Made by a program: the position numbers and the translations under genes. Shown here one piece after another: positions 19,082-28,909 of a stretch of DNA of 64,000 nucleotides. The notes under the pieces were generated by a model. It ran no database searches, had not been told where the DNA came from, and was given only the letters and a program-made list of their open reading frames with translations. The DNA is from Candidatus Multivoradales bacterium (GTDB taxonomy: Bacteria; Acidobacteriota; Thermoanaerobaculia; Multivoradales; JAHEKO01). Where the stretch lies: NCBI GenBank assembly GCA_965223855.1, contig CBDCXM010000008.1, positions 128,001-192,000 on the forward strand, given 5' to 3'. How positions within the stretch are numbered: the first letter of the stretch is position 1; each line of letters opens with the position of its first letter.

Positions 19082-21409
19082 ATGACCTCAGCGCGCCACG
19101 CTCTCGCCGTCTCGACCGTACTCGCAGCTCTCGCTCTCGGCGCTGCCGCTCCAGGCAGCTCGACCGACCTGTCCGGCGAATTCGGTCTCTCGGTCCTGTG
19201 GGACCGGGAGCTCGGTTCCGGCTACTCGAAGGTGGCCTTCGCCGATGGCCTGGCCGTCACCGGGTTCGCAGCGGGTGAGGTCGACGTCCTCGCGGCCTTC
19301 GACCCCGAGACCGGGGACGAGCGGTGGCGCTATGAACTCGGGGAGATCTACAAAGGGCACAGCGGCTCCGACGACGGCCCGTTGAGCAGTCCGACTCTCG
19401 CCGATGGGCGTGTCTTCACGGTCAGCCCGCGCGGCAGCGTCGTCGCGCTCAACCTCGCGGACGGGACCGAGATCTGGCGACACCAGCTCGATGAAGAAAC
19501 CGCCTCGCAGCCCTTCTACGGGTTCACGACCACACCGGTGGTGGCTGCGGGCAACATTCTGGTGGCCACTGGAGGTGACGGCCATGCAATCACCGCGTTC
19601 GACCCGGCCACCGGCGAGGTGAAGTGGACGGCGGGCAGCGACTCGGTCCGCTACCAGACACCGAGCCTCTTCGACCTGGGTGGAAGTCCGACCCTGGTGC
19701 TCGTTGGCGACGACCTGATTCAGGGCTTCGACCCGGCGACCGGCGACGTTCGCTTCGAACACGCGCATGGCGAGGGCGGGCGCAGCTCCGAGTCGTCTCA
19801 CGTCACACCGCTCGGCGGTGACCGGTTGGTGGTCAACCACCATGGCGGCGAGTCCGCCATGTATCGACTCGCCGGGGACTCGCTCGAGGAGGTCTGGCGC
19901 AGCCGAGCGTTCCGCAGTTCGCTTGCGGTTCCGGTTCTCGTCGATGGTTACCTCTTCGGCTTTACCGGCCGCTTCCTGACCTGTGTGGATCCCGACACCG
20001 GGGAGATCCTCTGGCGTTCGCGCCCCCCGGGAGCGCGGGCCATCGCAGTCGCCGAGGGGAAGCTCGCCGTTCTGGCATCCTCGGGAGATCTCGTGTTGAT
20101 CGAGCCCACACCCGAGGGCTATCGGGAGCTGACCCGCGGCAAGGTCTTCGAATCCGGAGGCGTCACGGCCGCGACCTTCGCTGACGGGAGATTCCTGGTA
20201 CGCAACCTCGAGCGAATGGCCGCAGTCACGATCGACGCTTCGGCCGCACCGCTGCGGACCGAGGTTGACAGGAGCACGCTCCTGAAGGGCGAGATGCTCG
20301 ACTGGGTCGAGTCCGTCCTGGACCTGCCCGTAGGGGACCGCCAGGCGGCCGTCGATGCGCGCTTCGAGGACATCGAGACCAGCCCGCTCGTAGAGACGGA
20401 CGGCACGGTGCACTTCTTCTACCGTGGCGATGCGGAGGACGTGGGTGTCGACGCCGACGACGCCATCGTCGATCAGAATGACAACGCCCTCTACCGCGTA
20501 GCAGGGACCGATCTCTTCCTGCGCAGCGCCGAGCTCGACCCCAACGCTCAGTACACCTATTCGTACACCATCGACTACGGCGAGCCTCGAATCGACCCCC
20601 GGAACCCCGATACCGTCGACAACGGCTTCAGTGTCGTCTCGGAGCTGCGCATGCCCGGATGGCCGGAGTCGCCGCATCTCGACGAACCCGCCGCAGGTGC
20701 CGCTCGCGGAGTGCTCGACAGCTTCCCGTTCCGCTCGGAGGTCCTCGACAATACGCGCCAGATCCAGGTCTGGCGGCCGCACGACTACGACTCCGACGCC
20801 ATGGCGCGCTATCCGCTTCTGGTCGTCAATCACGGCGACAACCTGCTCCGCGGCGGGTTGATGAGGAACACGCTGGACAACCTGGTGGGCAGGAGTGTCG
20901 CACCGGTCGTCGTCGCCTTCGTACCGCGGGTCGAGGGCTCCGAGTACGGAGGGCCGAAGGTCGATGACTACGTCCGGTTCCTGACCGAAGAGCTGGTGCC
21001 GCACATCGACCGCCACTACCGTACCGACGCCGTCCACCGAGCGATCATGGGACCGGCGTCGGCGGGTCTCACCGCGGTCTACGCGACGCTTGCGCGGCCG
21101 GACATCTTCCAGAAGGCCGCCGCGCAGAGCGTCTATCCGATCGACCCCGCCTTCGGGTTGCTCGAAGAGATGATCGCCAGGGCCAACCCGGCACCCCGGT
21201 CCATCCATCTGGTCTGGAGCCGCCGCGACTACGACCTGGGAGGTGGTGTCACCGCCGAGGGGACCACGAAGGAGCTGCTCGAGCTGCTGCGCGAAGCCAA
21301 GCTCGACGTCACCGAGCAGGTCGCCGATTACTCACCCGGCTGGGGCGGCTGGCGTGGACAGCACGACGAGATGTTGGCTGCGCTGTTTCCGATTCCCGAC
21401 GAGGAGTAG
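19082..21409 (+). CDS. Secreted PQQ-like beta-propeller + Ig/CBM48-like + esterase-fold protein, paralog B
   Basis: AGGAGG RBS; WDRELGSGYS, YKGHSGSDDGP, VHFFYRGDAEDV and LDNTRQIQVWRPHDY...RYPLLVV. Colinear with 6307-8757. Confidence 0.85.
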   Translation: MTSARHALAVSTVLAALALGAAAPGSSTDLSGEFGLSVLWDRELGSGYSKVAFADGLAVTGFAAGEVDVLAAFDPETGDERWRYELGEIYKGHSGSDDGPLSSPTLADGRVFTVSPRGSVVALNLADGTEIWRHQLDEETASQPFYGFTTTPVVAAGNILVATGGDGHAITAFDPATGEVKWTAGSDSVRYQTPSLFDLGGSPTLVLVGDDLIQGFDPATGDVRFEHAHGEGGRSSESSHVTPLGGDRLVVNHHGGESAMYRLAGDSLEEVWRSRAFRSSLAVPVLVDGYLFGFTGRFLTCVDPDTGEILWRSRPPGARAIAVAEGKLAVLASSGDLVLIEPTPEGYRELTRGKVFESGGVTAATFADGRFLVRNLERMAAVTIDASAAPLRTEVDRSTLLKGEMLDWVESVLDLPVGDRQAAVDARFEDIETSPLVETDGTVHFFYRGDAEDVGVDADDAIVDQNDNALYRVAGTDLFLRSAELDPNAQYTYSYTIDYGEPRIDPRNPDTVDNGFSVVSELRMPGWPESPHLDEPAAGAARGVLDSFPFRSEVLDNTRQIQVWRPHDYDSDAMARYPLLVVNHGDNLLRGGLMRNTLDNLVGRSVAPVVVAFVPRVEGSEYGGPKVDDYVRFLTEELVPHIDRHYRTDAVHRAIMGPASAGLTAVYATLARPDIFQKAAAQSVYPIDPAFGLLEEMIARANPAPRSIHLVWSRRDYDLGGGVTAEGTTKELLELLREAKLDVTEQVADYSPGWGGWRGQHDEMLAALFPIPDEE

Positions 21410-21479
21410 TCTCCGCCCTCTCGAGCGCGAGACCTGCCGGAGGGACCCGGAGACACCGGTGCTACTGTCGTTGCAGCCC

Positions 21480-22649
21480 ATGCGCCGAGTCTTCGCCCTG
21501 CTCCTGCCGGTACTCGCATGCGCTCCGTCAGCACCGGAGGCGCCCGACGCGAATCGGAGCTCGATCCGGATCGCCATGTTCAACGTCAGGGAACTGGCGA
21601 CGGAGAAGCTCCAGGACCTGGACGCCAACCGCGTCGGTGCGGATCCGCAGCTCCGTGCGGCTGCCGAGATCATCCGCCGGATTCGTCCCGATGTACTGGT
21701 GCTCCAGGAGATCGACCACGACTACAGGGAAGCGGAGGCGCTCCATCGAAACGCGGAGCGCTTCGTCGACGCCTACCTGACCCGGGGAGGCGAGGCCGAG
21801 CCGCTCGACTACCCACATCTCTTCGCTGCACCGTGCAACACCGGCCTTCACTCCGGTCACGACCTCAACGGCGACGGCGAGTTCCTCGAGCAACCTGGCG
21901 ACAGGGTGTACGGCGAGGACAGCTTCGGCTTCGGTCGCTATCCGGGGCAGTACTCGATGGCGGTCCTGTCGCAGTTGCCGATCGACGAGGATGGCATCCG
22001 CACCTTTCAGCGATTCCTCTGGCGGGATCTGCCCGGCCATCACATCCCGCCGGGCTTCTATGACGCCGACGAGCTGGAGGTGCTCCGCCTGTCGAGCAAG
22101 TCGCACTGGGACGTGCCTGTCGTTCTGGAGGGCGACCGGCGCCTGCGACTCTGGATCGGCCACCCGACCCCACCGGGCTTCGACGGCGAGGAGGATCGCA
22201 ACGGCCGCCGCAATTTCGACGAGGTCGCCTTCTGGATCGCCTATCTGGACGGAGAGGAGCGGCTGGTCGACGACGCCGGCGTCGAGGGCGGCCGTATCGA
22301 CCCACTGCCCTTCGTCATCGTCGGAGATCTGAATGCGGACCCGGAGTCGGATCAGGCCCGCTACGACGGCCGGCGGGCGATCAACGCCCTGCTCGAGCGC
22401 CCGGAGCTGATCGATACCGGTCGGGTTCTCGTCAGCAGCGGTGCCCGGGCCGCCGAAGCCGGACGCGCGAGCTCCACCGCCGTCTTCTCCGGTGGCATGC
22501 GAATCGACTACCTGCTCCCCTCGCGCGACCTCGAGGTCGCCGACGGGGGCGTCTTCTGGCCCGATGCGGCCGAAGACCCGACGGGCGCAGCGCTGGCCGA
22601 GGCGGCCTCCGACCACCGTCTCCTCTGGCTGGACCTCGAGCTCGACTGA
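21480..22649 (+). CDS. Endonuclease/exonuclease/phosphatase family protein, probable lipoprotein
   Basis: IAMFNV, PDVLVLQEID, RLSSKSHWD, HPTPP, GDLNADP, RIDYLLPS and ASDHR; lipobox-like VLAC. Confidence 0.9.
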   Translation: MRRVFALLLPVLACAPSAPEAPDANRSSIRIAMFNVRELATEKLQDLDANRVGADPQLRAAAEIIRRIRPDVLVLQEIDHDYREAEALHRNAERFVDAYLTRGGEAEPLDYPHLFAAPCNTGLHSGHDLNGDGEFLEQPGDRVYGEDSFGFGRYPGQYSMAVLSQLPIDEDGIRTFQRFLWRDLPGHHIPPGFYDADELEVLRLSSKSHWDVPVVLEGDRRLRLWIGHPTPPGFDGEEDRNGRRNFDEVAFWIAYLDGEERLVDDAGVEGGRIDPLPFVIVGDLNADPESDQARYDGRRAINALLERPELIDTGRVLVSSGARAAEAGRASSTAVFSGGMRIDYLLPSRDLEVADGGVFWPDAAEDPTGAALAEAASDHRLLWLDLELD

Positions 22650-22843
22650 ACGCGCGCCAGCGGGTCGAGGCATCAGAACCTCCTTGCCTGGGCTCAGCCC
22701 GTCCACCCGTCCTCCTGCCTGAGCTGCCCACCCCTCGAGACGGCGACATCAGGCTTCGCCTGAACTAGCCTGAGGTTGCGTACCCAAGAGCTCGCCCGGC
22801 GAAGGGGACGAGACCCCTCGCCTCACCAGAGAGGAGGCGCATC

Positions 22844-24160
22844 GTGAGAGCCCGGTACCCAGGACTGATTCCGGCAGGAGTTGCCTGTTTCGTCGCTGTC
22901 GCCTGTGGACTGTTCCTGCCCGGCTCGGCGACGGCCGTCGAGTTTCGCGGCGGGCAGCATGTGGTCATTCCTGCCGACGAAGTGATTCTCGACGACCTCT
23001 ACGCCACTGGCGAGACGGTGACCGTGGACGGCAGAGTGGAGGGCGATCTGGTCGCCGCCGGTCGGCAGGTCCGGCTGAACGGCGAGGTGACCGGAGACCT
23101 GATCGCCGCCGGCCAGGCGGTGACCATCAACGGGCCTGTCGGCGACGACGCCCGGGTGACGGGCATGGCTCTCGAGCTCGGCCCCGCCGGATCGGTGGGC
23201 GACGACATGGTTGCGGCGGGCTTCAGTCTCGAGACGAAGGCTGGGAGCCTCGTCGGAGGAAGCCTGCTCTTCTCGGGCTTCCAGGCCCTTCTGACCGGCG
23301 ATGTCGCGGAGGCACTACTCGGCACGATGAGCGCTCTCGAGATCCAGGGAGGCGTCGGCGCGGATAGCGAGGTCACGGTCGAAGGTGAGCCCGGCGCGCC
23401 GTCGTTCCTGCAGTACGTTCCCATGCCGGTCGAGCTGCCACCGGTCGCTGGAGGCCTGACAATTGCCGACGGCGCCCGGATCGAAGGAGAGCTGCGCTAC
23501 ACCTCTCCCGACGAGGCACGAGGCGGCGGTGCGAACTCGGCCCGGCTGACTCACCAGACGCCGACTGCAGCGCAGACGGAGGCCGAAGCCACCGCCGGAT
23601 CGGGCTGGTGGAAGCGACTCTTCAGGTGGCTCGGGCTGATCGTTCTGGGGCTGCTGTGCATCTGGTGGATCCCCGGCTGGCTCGATGAGCGCAGCGGTGA
23701 GATCCAGGCCAGGCCCCTGAGGCTCACCGGCCTCGGATTGCTGGGCGTGGCGGCGCTGCCGATCGTAGCGACGCTGGCGCTGGCGGTGCCGATCACGGTC
23801 GCGGTCCTTCTGGGCCAACTCAAGCTCGGTGGCCTGGCGGCGCTGGTGGTCGTGCTCGCGGTGGCGGCCGTGGGGCTGCTCGTCCTGGCGTTCTGGCTCA
23901 CCTCCACGTATCTGGCGCCGTTGCTGGTGGGTCTGTGTACCGGCCGGTGGGCGCTGCAGCGATTCGCCGACGACAAGGCGAGCGGGCTGGTTCTGCCGCT
24001 GACGGCCGGCGTCGTGATCCTGGCGCTGCTCCGGTCCGTGCCGATCGTCGGGTGGGTACTCGGACTGGCCGTACTGTGCCTCGGCTGGGGTGCCGTTCTG
24101 CTCTGGCTGTGGCGCCGGTTCCGGCCCTCGCCACCCACGACGGCCGGAGCGATGAGTTAG
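22844..24160 (+). CDS. Membrane protein with a bactofilin/polymer-forming-like beta-helix and C-terminal TM bundle
   Basis: Repeats of V-x-G-D-L-x-A-A-G-x-x-V-x-(L/I)-N-G, followed by about 5 TM helices (IPIVGWV-like end). Confidence 0.75.
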   Translation: MRARYPGLIPAGVACFVAVACGLFLPGSATAVEFRGGQHVVIPADEVILDDLYATGETVTVDGRVEGDLVAAGRQVRLNGEVTGDLIAAGQAVTINGPVGDDARVTGMALELGPAGSVGDDMVAAGFSLETKAGSLVGGSLLFSGFQALLTGDVAEALLGTMSALEIQGGVGADSEVTVEGEPGAPSFLQYVPMPVELPPVAGGLTIADGARIEGELRYTSPDEARGGGANSARLTHQTPTAAQTEAEATAGSGWWKRLFRWLGLIVLGLLCIWWIPGWLDERSGEIQARPLRLTGLGLLGVAALPIVATLALAVPITVAVLLGQLKLGGLAALVVVLAVAAVGLLVLAFWLTSTYLAPLLVGLCTGRWALQRFADDKASGLVLPLTAGVVILALLRSVPIVGWVLGLAVLCLGWGAVLLWLWRRFRPSPPTTAGAMS

Positions 24161-24226
24161 CACGACGCCCGTGTCTGCGAGGACCGGATCCTCGAAGACC
24201 AGCCGCGGGCAGGCCAGGCTGTGACT

Positions 24227-25141
24227 TCAGAAGACCGAGAGGCCTGTCTTCGTGGTCAGCAGCTCGAGAGCGAGCGTACCGGCCAACGAGTTGCCGCTGG
24301 GATCGAGCGCCGGCGACCAGACCGCCACCGTCCAGTGCCCCGGTAGCACCGCCGCGATGCCGCCGCCGACGCCGCTCTTGCCCGGCAGCCCCACCCGGTA
24401 GGCAAAGTCGCCGGCAGCGTCGTAGACGCCGCAGGTCAGGAGCAGCGCGTTGGTTCGTTTGGCGAGGCTCGGCGTCAGCGGGCGCTCGCCTGTGTGCGGG
24501 GCGACGCCCCCCTGCGCCAGGTACTGGAAGGCGCCCGCCAGCTCCGCGCACGTAAGTGCCAGACTGCAGTGGTGGACGTAGAGGTCGAGCACCGCCTCGA
24601 TCGTGTTTTCGAGATTGCCGAAGCTCTTGAGGAAGTGCGCCAGCGCGGCATTGCGATCCCCCCACTCGCGCTCGGAGCGCACGACCTCTCCGTCGTAGCG
24701 GGGGTCGTCGCAGCCGCAGGCGCCGTCGAGGAACTCGAGGATCCGGCGCTTCGGGTCGTCGAGGTGGGAGAGGAGGACATCGGCAACGACGAGCGCACCG
24801 GCGTTGATCAGCGGATTGCGGGGGATGCCGTTCTCGCTCTCGAGCTGGACGAGCGAGTTGAACGGTGTTCCGGACGGCTCCCGGCCGACACGGTCGAAGA
24901 GCGCTTCGCCGATCCGGCCGAGGGCGAGGGTCAGAGTGAAGACCTTGGAGATGCTCTGAATCGAGAAGCGCTCGTGAGCATCGCCGACGGTGTAGAGATC
25001 ACCGTCCACGGTCCTCAGCGCCATGCCGAACTTCGAGGCCGGAGTTCGACCGAGGGCCGGAATGTAGTCGGCAACCCGGCCCTCGCCGACGCTCGGCTCG
25101 ACTTCGCGGTGGATCTCTTCGAGGATCGCCTGGTAGTCCAC
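24227..25141 (-). CDS. glsA: Glutaminase
   Basis: GRVADYIPAL, FSIQSISK (SxxK), EPSGTPFNS, NPLINAGA and PGKSGVGGG. Confidence 0.95.
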   Translation of the reverse strand: MDYQAILEEIHREVEPSVGEGRVADYIPALGRTPASKFGMALRTVDGDLYTVGDAHERFSIQSISKVFTLTLALGRIGEALFDRVGREPSGTPFNSLVQLESENGIPRNPLINAGALVVADVLLSHLDDPKRRILEFLDGACGCDDPRYDGEVVRSEREWGDRNAALAHFLKSFGNLENTIEAVLDLYVHHCSLALTCAELAGAFQYLAQGGVAPHTGERPLTPSLAKRTNALLLTCGVYDAAGDFAYRVGLPGKSGVGGGIAAVLPGHWTVAVWSPALDPSGNSLAGTLALELLTTKTGLSVF

Positions 25142-25296
25142 GCAGCTCCCTTCTGCACCTGTCATCGAGAGCCAGGAGGAGACTGGCTGCTCCGGCGGGG
25201 AGACGCCCCTGAGTCAGGCGCTCTCGACGCGGAGAGTCTGGCACAAGTCCAGCGCGCCGGCGTCTGCTCGACAGCCGTGCAGGCGCACCTTCGAGC

Positions 25297-25788
25297 TCAC
25301 CCCGCCGGGTCCCCCAGAGCGTAGTTCGGCAGGCTCCGCTTCCCCCGGTGGCCGAAGATCAGCGCGGTCTCGATGTGGTCGACCTCCTCTCGGGTCGAGA
25401 AGGCGTCGAGAGCGACGTCACGCAGATGGGCGGCATCGCGAACCACGACGTGAAGCAGGAAGTCGTTGGCGCCGGCGACGTGGAAGACGTTGATCGTCTC
25501 CGGCTGTGCCAGCGCGTGCTCCTGAAAGCTGTCGATCAACTCCCGCGAGTGGCGGTGCAACCGGATCGAGATCATCGCCTCGAGGCCGATCGCCAGCGCC
25601 TCGAGATCCACCTCGGCGTGGAACCCCCGAAGCGTTCCGTCGGCCCGTAGCCGACGAACTCGCTCGAGGCAGCTCGACGGCGCCAGGTGGACCCGCGCAG
25701 AGAGCTCCTTGTTGGACAACCGTCCATCCTTCTGCAAGGCATCCAGAATGGCGAAGTCGATACGGTCGAGCGGTCTCCTGGCAGGCAT
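25297..25788 (-). CDS. Lrp/AsnC family transcriptional regulator
   Basis: LDRIDFAILDALQKDGRLSNKELSARVHLAPSSCLERVRRL; divergent from the PLP lyase gene. Confidence 0.93.
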   Translation of the reverse strand: MPARRPLDRIDFAILDALQKDGRLSNKELSARVHLAPSSCLERVRRLRADGTLRGFHAEVDLEALAIGLEAMISIRLHRHSRELIDSFQEHALAQPETINVFHVAGANDFLLHVVVRDAAHLRDVALDAFSTREEVDHIETALIFGHRGKRSLPNYALGDPAG

Positions 25789-25846
25789 ATTCCGCATTCT
25801 ATTCGATGGACTACCCCTGTTGGAAGACGATATTCTTATATCAGCC

Positions 25847-27205
25847 ATGAGAAACGAACATAGACCGGAAGCCTCCCTGCCGACGGCCGGCGGTGCCGAG
25901 CATCGGCCGACCTTCGATCCGATCGAATCGCTGGCCGACCTGCGCCACGAGTTCGGCGAGCACGGCGGCGTCAACATGTCGATCGAGACGAGCACCACCT
26001 TCACTGTGATGGAGCCGGAGACGATGCCGGACATCTTCGCCGGCCGCCAGGGCCCGGAGGCCGGCGGGTGCTATCTCTACGGACGACACTTCAACCCGAC
26101 GGTCTATGTTCTCGGCAAGCAGTTGGCCGCGCTCGAGGGATCCGACGCCGCCTACTGCACGTCGAGCGGCATGGCGGCGATCTCCTCCACCCTCCTTCAG
26201 CTGTGCTCGGCCAACGACCACATCGTCGCCAGCCATGCGATCTACGGAGGAACCTACGCCCTTCTCCATGACTACTTGCCGCGCGCCACGGGCCTCGATG
26301 TCAGTTTCGTAGACCTCGCAGACCTCGATGCGGTCGAGCGCGCGCTCGCGACCAGGCGGACACGCGCGCTCTACGTCGAAACGCTCTCCAACCCGACATT
26401 GAGAGTCGCGGACATCCCGCGCCTCGCCGAACTGGCGCACGCCCACGGCGCCCGTCTCGTCGTCGACAACACGTTCTCCCCGCTCATCGTCTCTCCCATT
26501 CGCCTCGGTGCCGACATCGTGGTCCATAGCCTGACGAAGTTCATCGGCGGCGCCTCCGACATGATCGGCGGAGCGATCTGCGCGTCGTCCGACTTCATCG
26601 CCCAGCTGATGGACCTTCACAACGGCTCGCTGATGCTCCTCGGCCCGACGATGGATCCGCGGGTCGCCTACAACCTGAGTGTCCGGCTCCCCCATCTCGG
26701 ACTCCGGATGGCGGAGCACGGACGAAGAGCCCGGCTCTTCGCAGAGCGGCTGAGCGCGAAGGGGCTCGAGGTTCTCTACCCCGGCCTCCCCTCCCACCCC
26801 GACTACGATCTTCTCCGGCGCCTCAGCCCGGTCGACTGGCGAGGCGGCGGTGTGTTCTGCCTCGACATGAGAACCACCGAACGGGCGAGCAGACTGATGG
26901 AGATTCTCCAGAACAGGGACCGATTCGGCTACATGGCCGTGAGCCTCGGCTATTTCGACACCCTGCTCTCCTGCCCCGCGGTCTCGACGTCGAGCGAGCT
27001 GTCCACGTCTGCACTCGAAGAGGCCGGCATCCGCCCGGGACTGGTCCGCGTCTCGATCGGTTACACCGGTTCCGTCGAGCAGCGCTGGGCGCAACTCGAA
27101 GCCGCCCTCGAGGACTTCGAGGCCGACTTCGCCGTCCCGGCGCCCACTCATCCCCGACACGCCGCCCCACCACGCAGCCCCGCTCGATACAACGGAGCGG
27201 CCTGA
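25847..27205 (+). CDS. Methionine gamma-lyase (Cys/Met metabolism PLP enzyme)
   Basis: EFGEHGGVNMSIE, YGRHFNPT, SSGMAAI, DNTF, HSLTKF (PLP Lys) and AVSLG. Confidence 0.88.
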   Translation: MRNEHRPEASLPTAGGAEHRPTFDPIESLADLRHEFGEHGGVNMSIETSTTFTVMEPETMPDIFAGRQGPEAGGCYLYGRHFNPTVYVLGKQLAALEGSDAAYCTSSGMAAISSTLLQLCSANDHIVASHAIYGGTYALLHDYLPRATGLDVSFVDLADLDAVERALATRRTRALYVETLSNPTLRVADIPRLAELAHAHGARLVVDNTFSPLIVSPIRLGADIVVHSLTKFIGGASDMIGGAICASSDFIAQLMDLHNGSLMLLGPTMDPRVAYNLSVRLPHLGLRMAEHGRRARLFAERLSAKGLEVLYPGLPSHPDYDLLRRLSPVDWRGGGVFCLDMRTTERASRLMEILQNRDRFGYMAVSLGYFDTLLSCPAVSTSSELSTSALEEAGIRPGLVRVSIGYTGSVEQRWAQLEAALEDFEADFAVPAPTHPRHAAPPRSPARYNGAA

Positions 27206-27305
27206 GCGGGCTCCAGGCCCGCAGGGGGCGGCCGGCTTCTCGGCTGCTCACAGGAAGAAGCCTCCGGGAACCGCTGTTGGAATTGGCTAGAATCCTCCGG
27301 AGGAG

Positions 27306-27986
27306 ATGACCATGAGAAGACTCCAGAAGGCAGGGCGCGCGCTGCCCCTCTTCGCGTTCTCGCTGCTGCTCGCGGCGGGAGCCCGGGCCCAGGACGATTT
27401 CGGCGGCTGGGCGAACGATCCGAACAACGAGCCCGGAACCGACGATCAGCTCTTCGATCGCACCGACTCGGGCAACGTCGCGCAGTCCGCACAGTACTCG
27501 TACTCGGCAGGGCTGAGAGAGTTGAAGACCGCGGCCAAGCTCGAGGCGAAACTCGACGGGCTCGAGGGCAAGAAGCACGCCTCGACGGTCGAGAAGATCG
27601 CCAAGGCGTACAGCCGCGCCGAGAGTTCGTTCCTGGACGCGGTGAGGACCAATCCGGGGCTCGTCGAGGCTTATGTCGGCCTGGGGCAGGCGTTCCGGGC
27701 GCAGGGAAAGTCGACCGAGGCGATGCAGGTGAGCGCCAGCGGGCTCAAGGTCGCGCCCGACAACGACGAGCTCTTCGGCACCTGGGCCGGCGCCCTCCTC
27801 GACCTCAACATGCTGGGAGACGCCACACAGGCCTACACCACCTTGAAGGACGAGAATGCGGCCCGCGCCCAGATCCTCATGAGCGAGATGAAGAGCTGGC
27901 TCAAGACCCGGATGCTCGACCCGGGAGATCTCGACCCGGAAGCGGTTTCGCGTCTCGCCGAGTGGATCCGCGAGCAGGAGGGTTGA
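27306..27986 (+). CDS. Secreted TPR protein, paralog of 850-1503
   Basis: GGAGGAG RBS, signal peptide and TPR (AYVGLGQAFRAQG); the C-terminal LMxxMxxW...WI pattern is shared with 850-1503. Confidence 0.8.
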   Translation: MTMRRLQKAGRALPLFAFSLLLAAGARAQDDFGGWANDPNNEPGTDDQLFDRTDSGNVAQSAQYSYSAGLRELKTAAKLEAKLDGLEGKKHASTVEKIAKAYSRAESSFLDAVRTNPGLVEAYVGLGQAFRAQGKSTEAMQVSASGLKVAPDNDELFGTWAGALLDLNMLGDATQAYTTLKDENAARAQILMSEMKSWLKTRMLDPGDLDPEAVSRLAEWIREQEG

Positions 27987-27993
27987 GGGGGCC

Positions 27994-28890
27994 TCAGGCG
28001 GCGCGCCGGCGCCCGGTCGGACGGCCGGTGAGGTGCTCCACCACCTGAGCGATCACCTGCGGATCCCGGAGGATCCGGCGGTGCCCCAGGCCTTCCGTGA
28101 GCCTCAGCTCCGCGTGCGGCCAGAGATCGATCACCCGTTCCACTTCTTCCCGGGTCACCTCCCGGTCGTCCAGGTCGTGGAAGGCGAGCAACGATTGCCG
28201 CATCGAAGGCGCCACGAGGCTCGGTAGCAGGTCAGCGAAGCGCACCTGGAAGCGCGCCTCCAACTCCTTCTGCGCCCTGCCGATGATGCCCTCCGGCAGG
28301 CCGAGCAGACGCCCGACCACCCACAGGTAGCTGCCGACGTCGTCCGGCGGCGAGAGATACACCATGCGTCCGATCGCAGCTCCGCGTGAAGCCGCCAACG
28401 TCGTCGCCGCAGAGCCCATCGAGTGGGCGATCACCGTGTCGGCGCCGCCGAGCCACTCCACGACCGCCTCGACGGCGGCGATCGCCTGCGGCATCCCGGC
28501 CTGAGCACCGGACGAGGCGCCGTGAGCCGGCAGGTCGAACCAGTTGACCTCGAACCCCTGCTCGACGAGCGGCTCGACGAACGCTCCCAGCTGACTGCCC
28601 CGGCCGCTCCAGCCGTGCACCAGCAGAACCTGGGGGCCCCCGAGGCCTCGAGAGCGGACGGCAAGCTCGTAGTCGCCGCAGCGCACGGTGTGGTGCGCCG
28701 CACCGCGCTGCCACTCCAACTCTCGGGGTGGACTCGCCGCTCGCATCGGAGTGACGAAGCCGTTTGCCAGGCGGCGAGCGGTAAGCCCGGGCGCTACCCG
28801 GGCCGTGGCTCCGAGGAGCGCCTTCAGCGCCCCCGGAAAACGCACGCTCGTGCTTTTCTTGAGGTCGACGTCTCTGGACTGTCCCTTCAC
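27994..28890 (-). CDS. Alpha/beta hydrolase
   Basis: LLVHGWSG, DLPAHG, AHSMG nucleophile elbow, HDLDD and GLGHRRIL. Confidence 0.9.
   Translation of the reverse strand: MKGQSRDVDLKKSTSVRFPGALKALLGATARVAPGLTARRLANGFVTPMRAASPPRELEWQRGAAHHTVRCGDYELAVRSRGLGGPQVLLVHGWSGRGSQLGAFVEPLVEQGFEVNWFDLPAHGASSGAQAGMPQAIAAVEAVVEWLGGADTVIAHSMGSAATTLAASRGAAIGRMVYLSPPDDVGSYLWVVGRLLGLPEGIIGRAQKELEARFQVRFADLLPSLVAPSMRQSLLAFHDLDDREVTREEVERVIDLWPHAELRLTEGLGHRRILRDPQVIAQVVEHLTGRPTGRRRAA
28837..28858 (-). promoter_or_regulatory. Putative TetR operator copy inside the 5' end of the hydrolase CDS
   Basis: GAAAAGCACGAGCGTGCGTTTT resembles the TetR promoter site AAAAAGAACGACCGTTCGTATT. Confidence 0.6.
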
Positions 28891-28909
28891 GACGGAACTC
28901 CTTCTTCTC

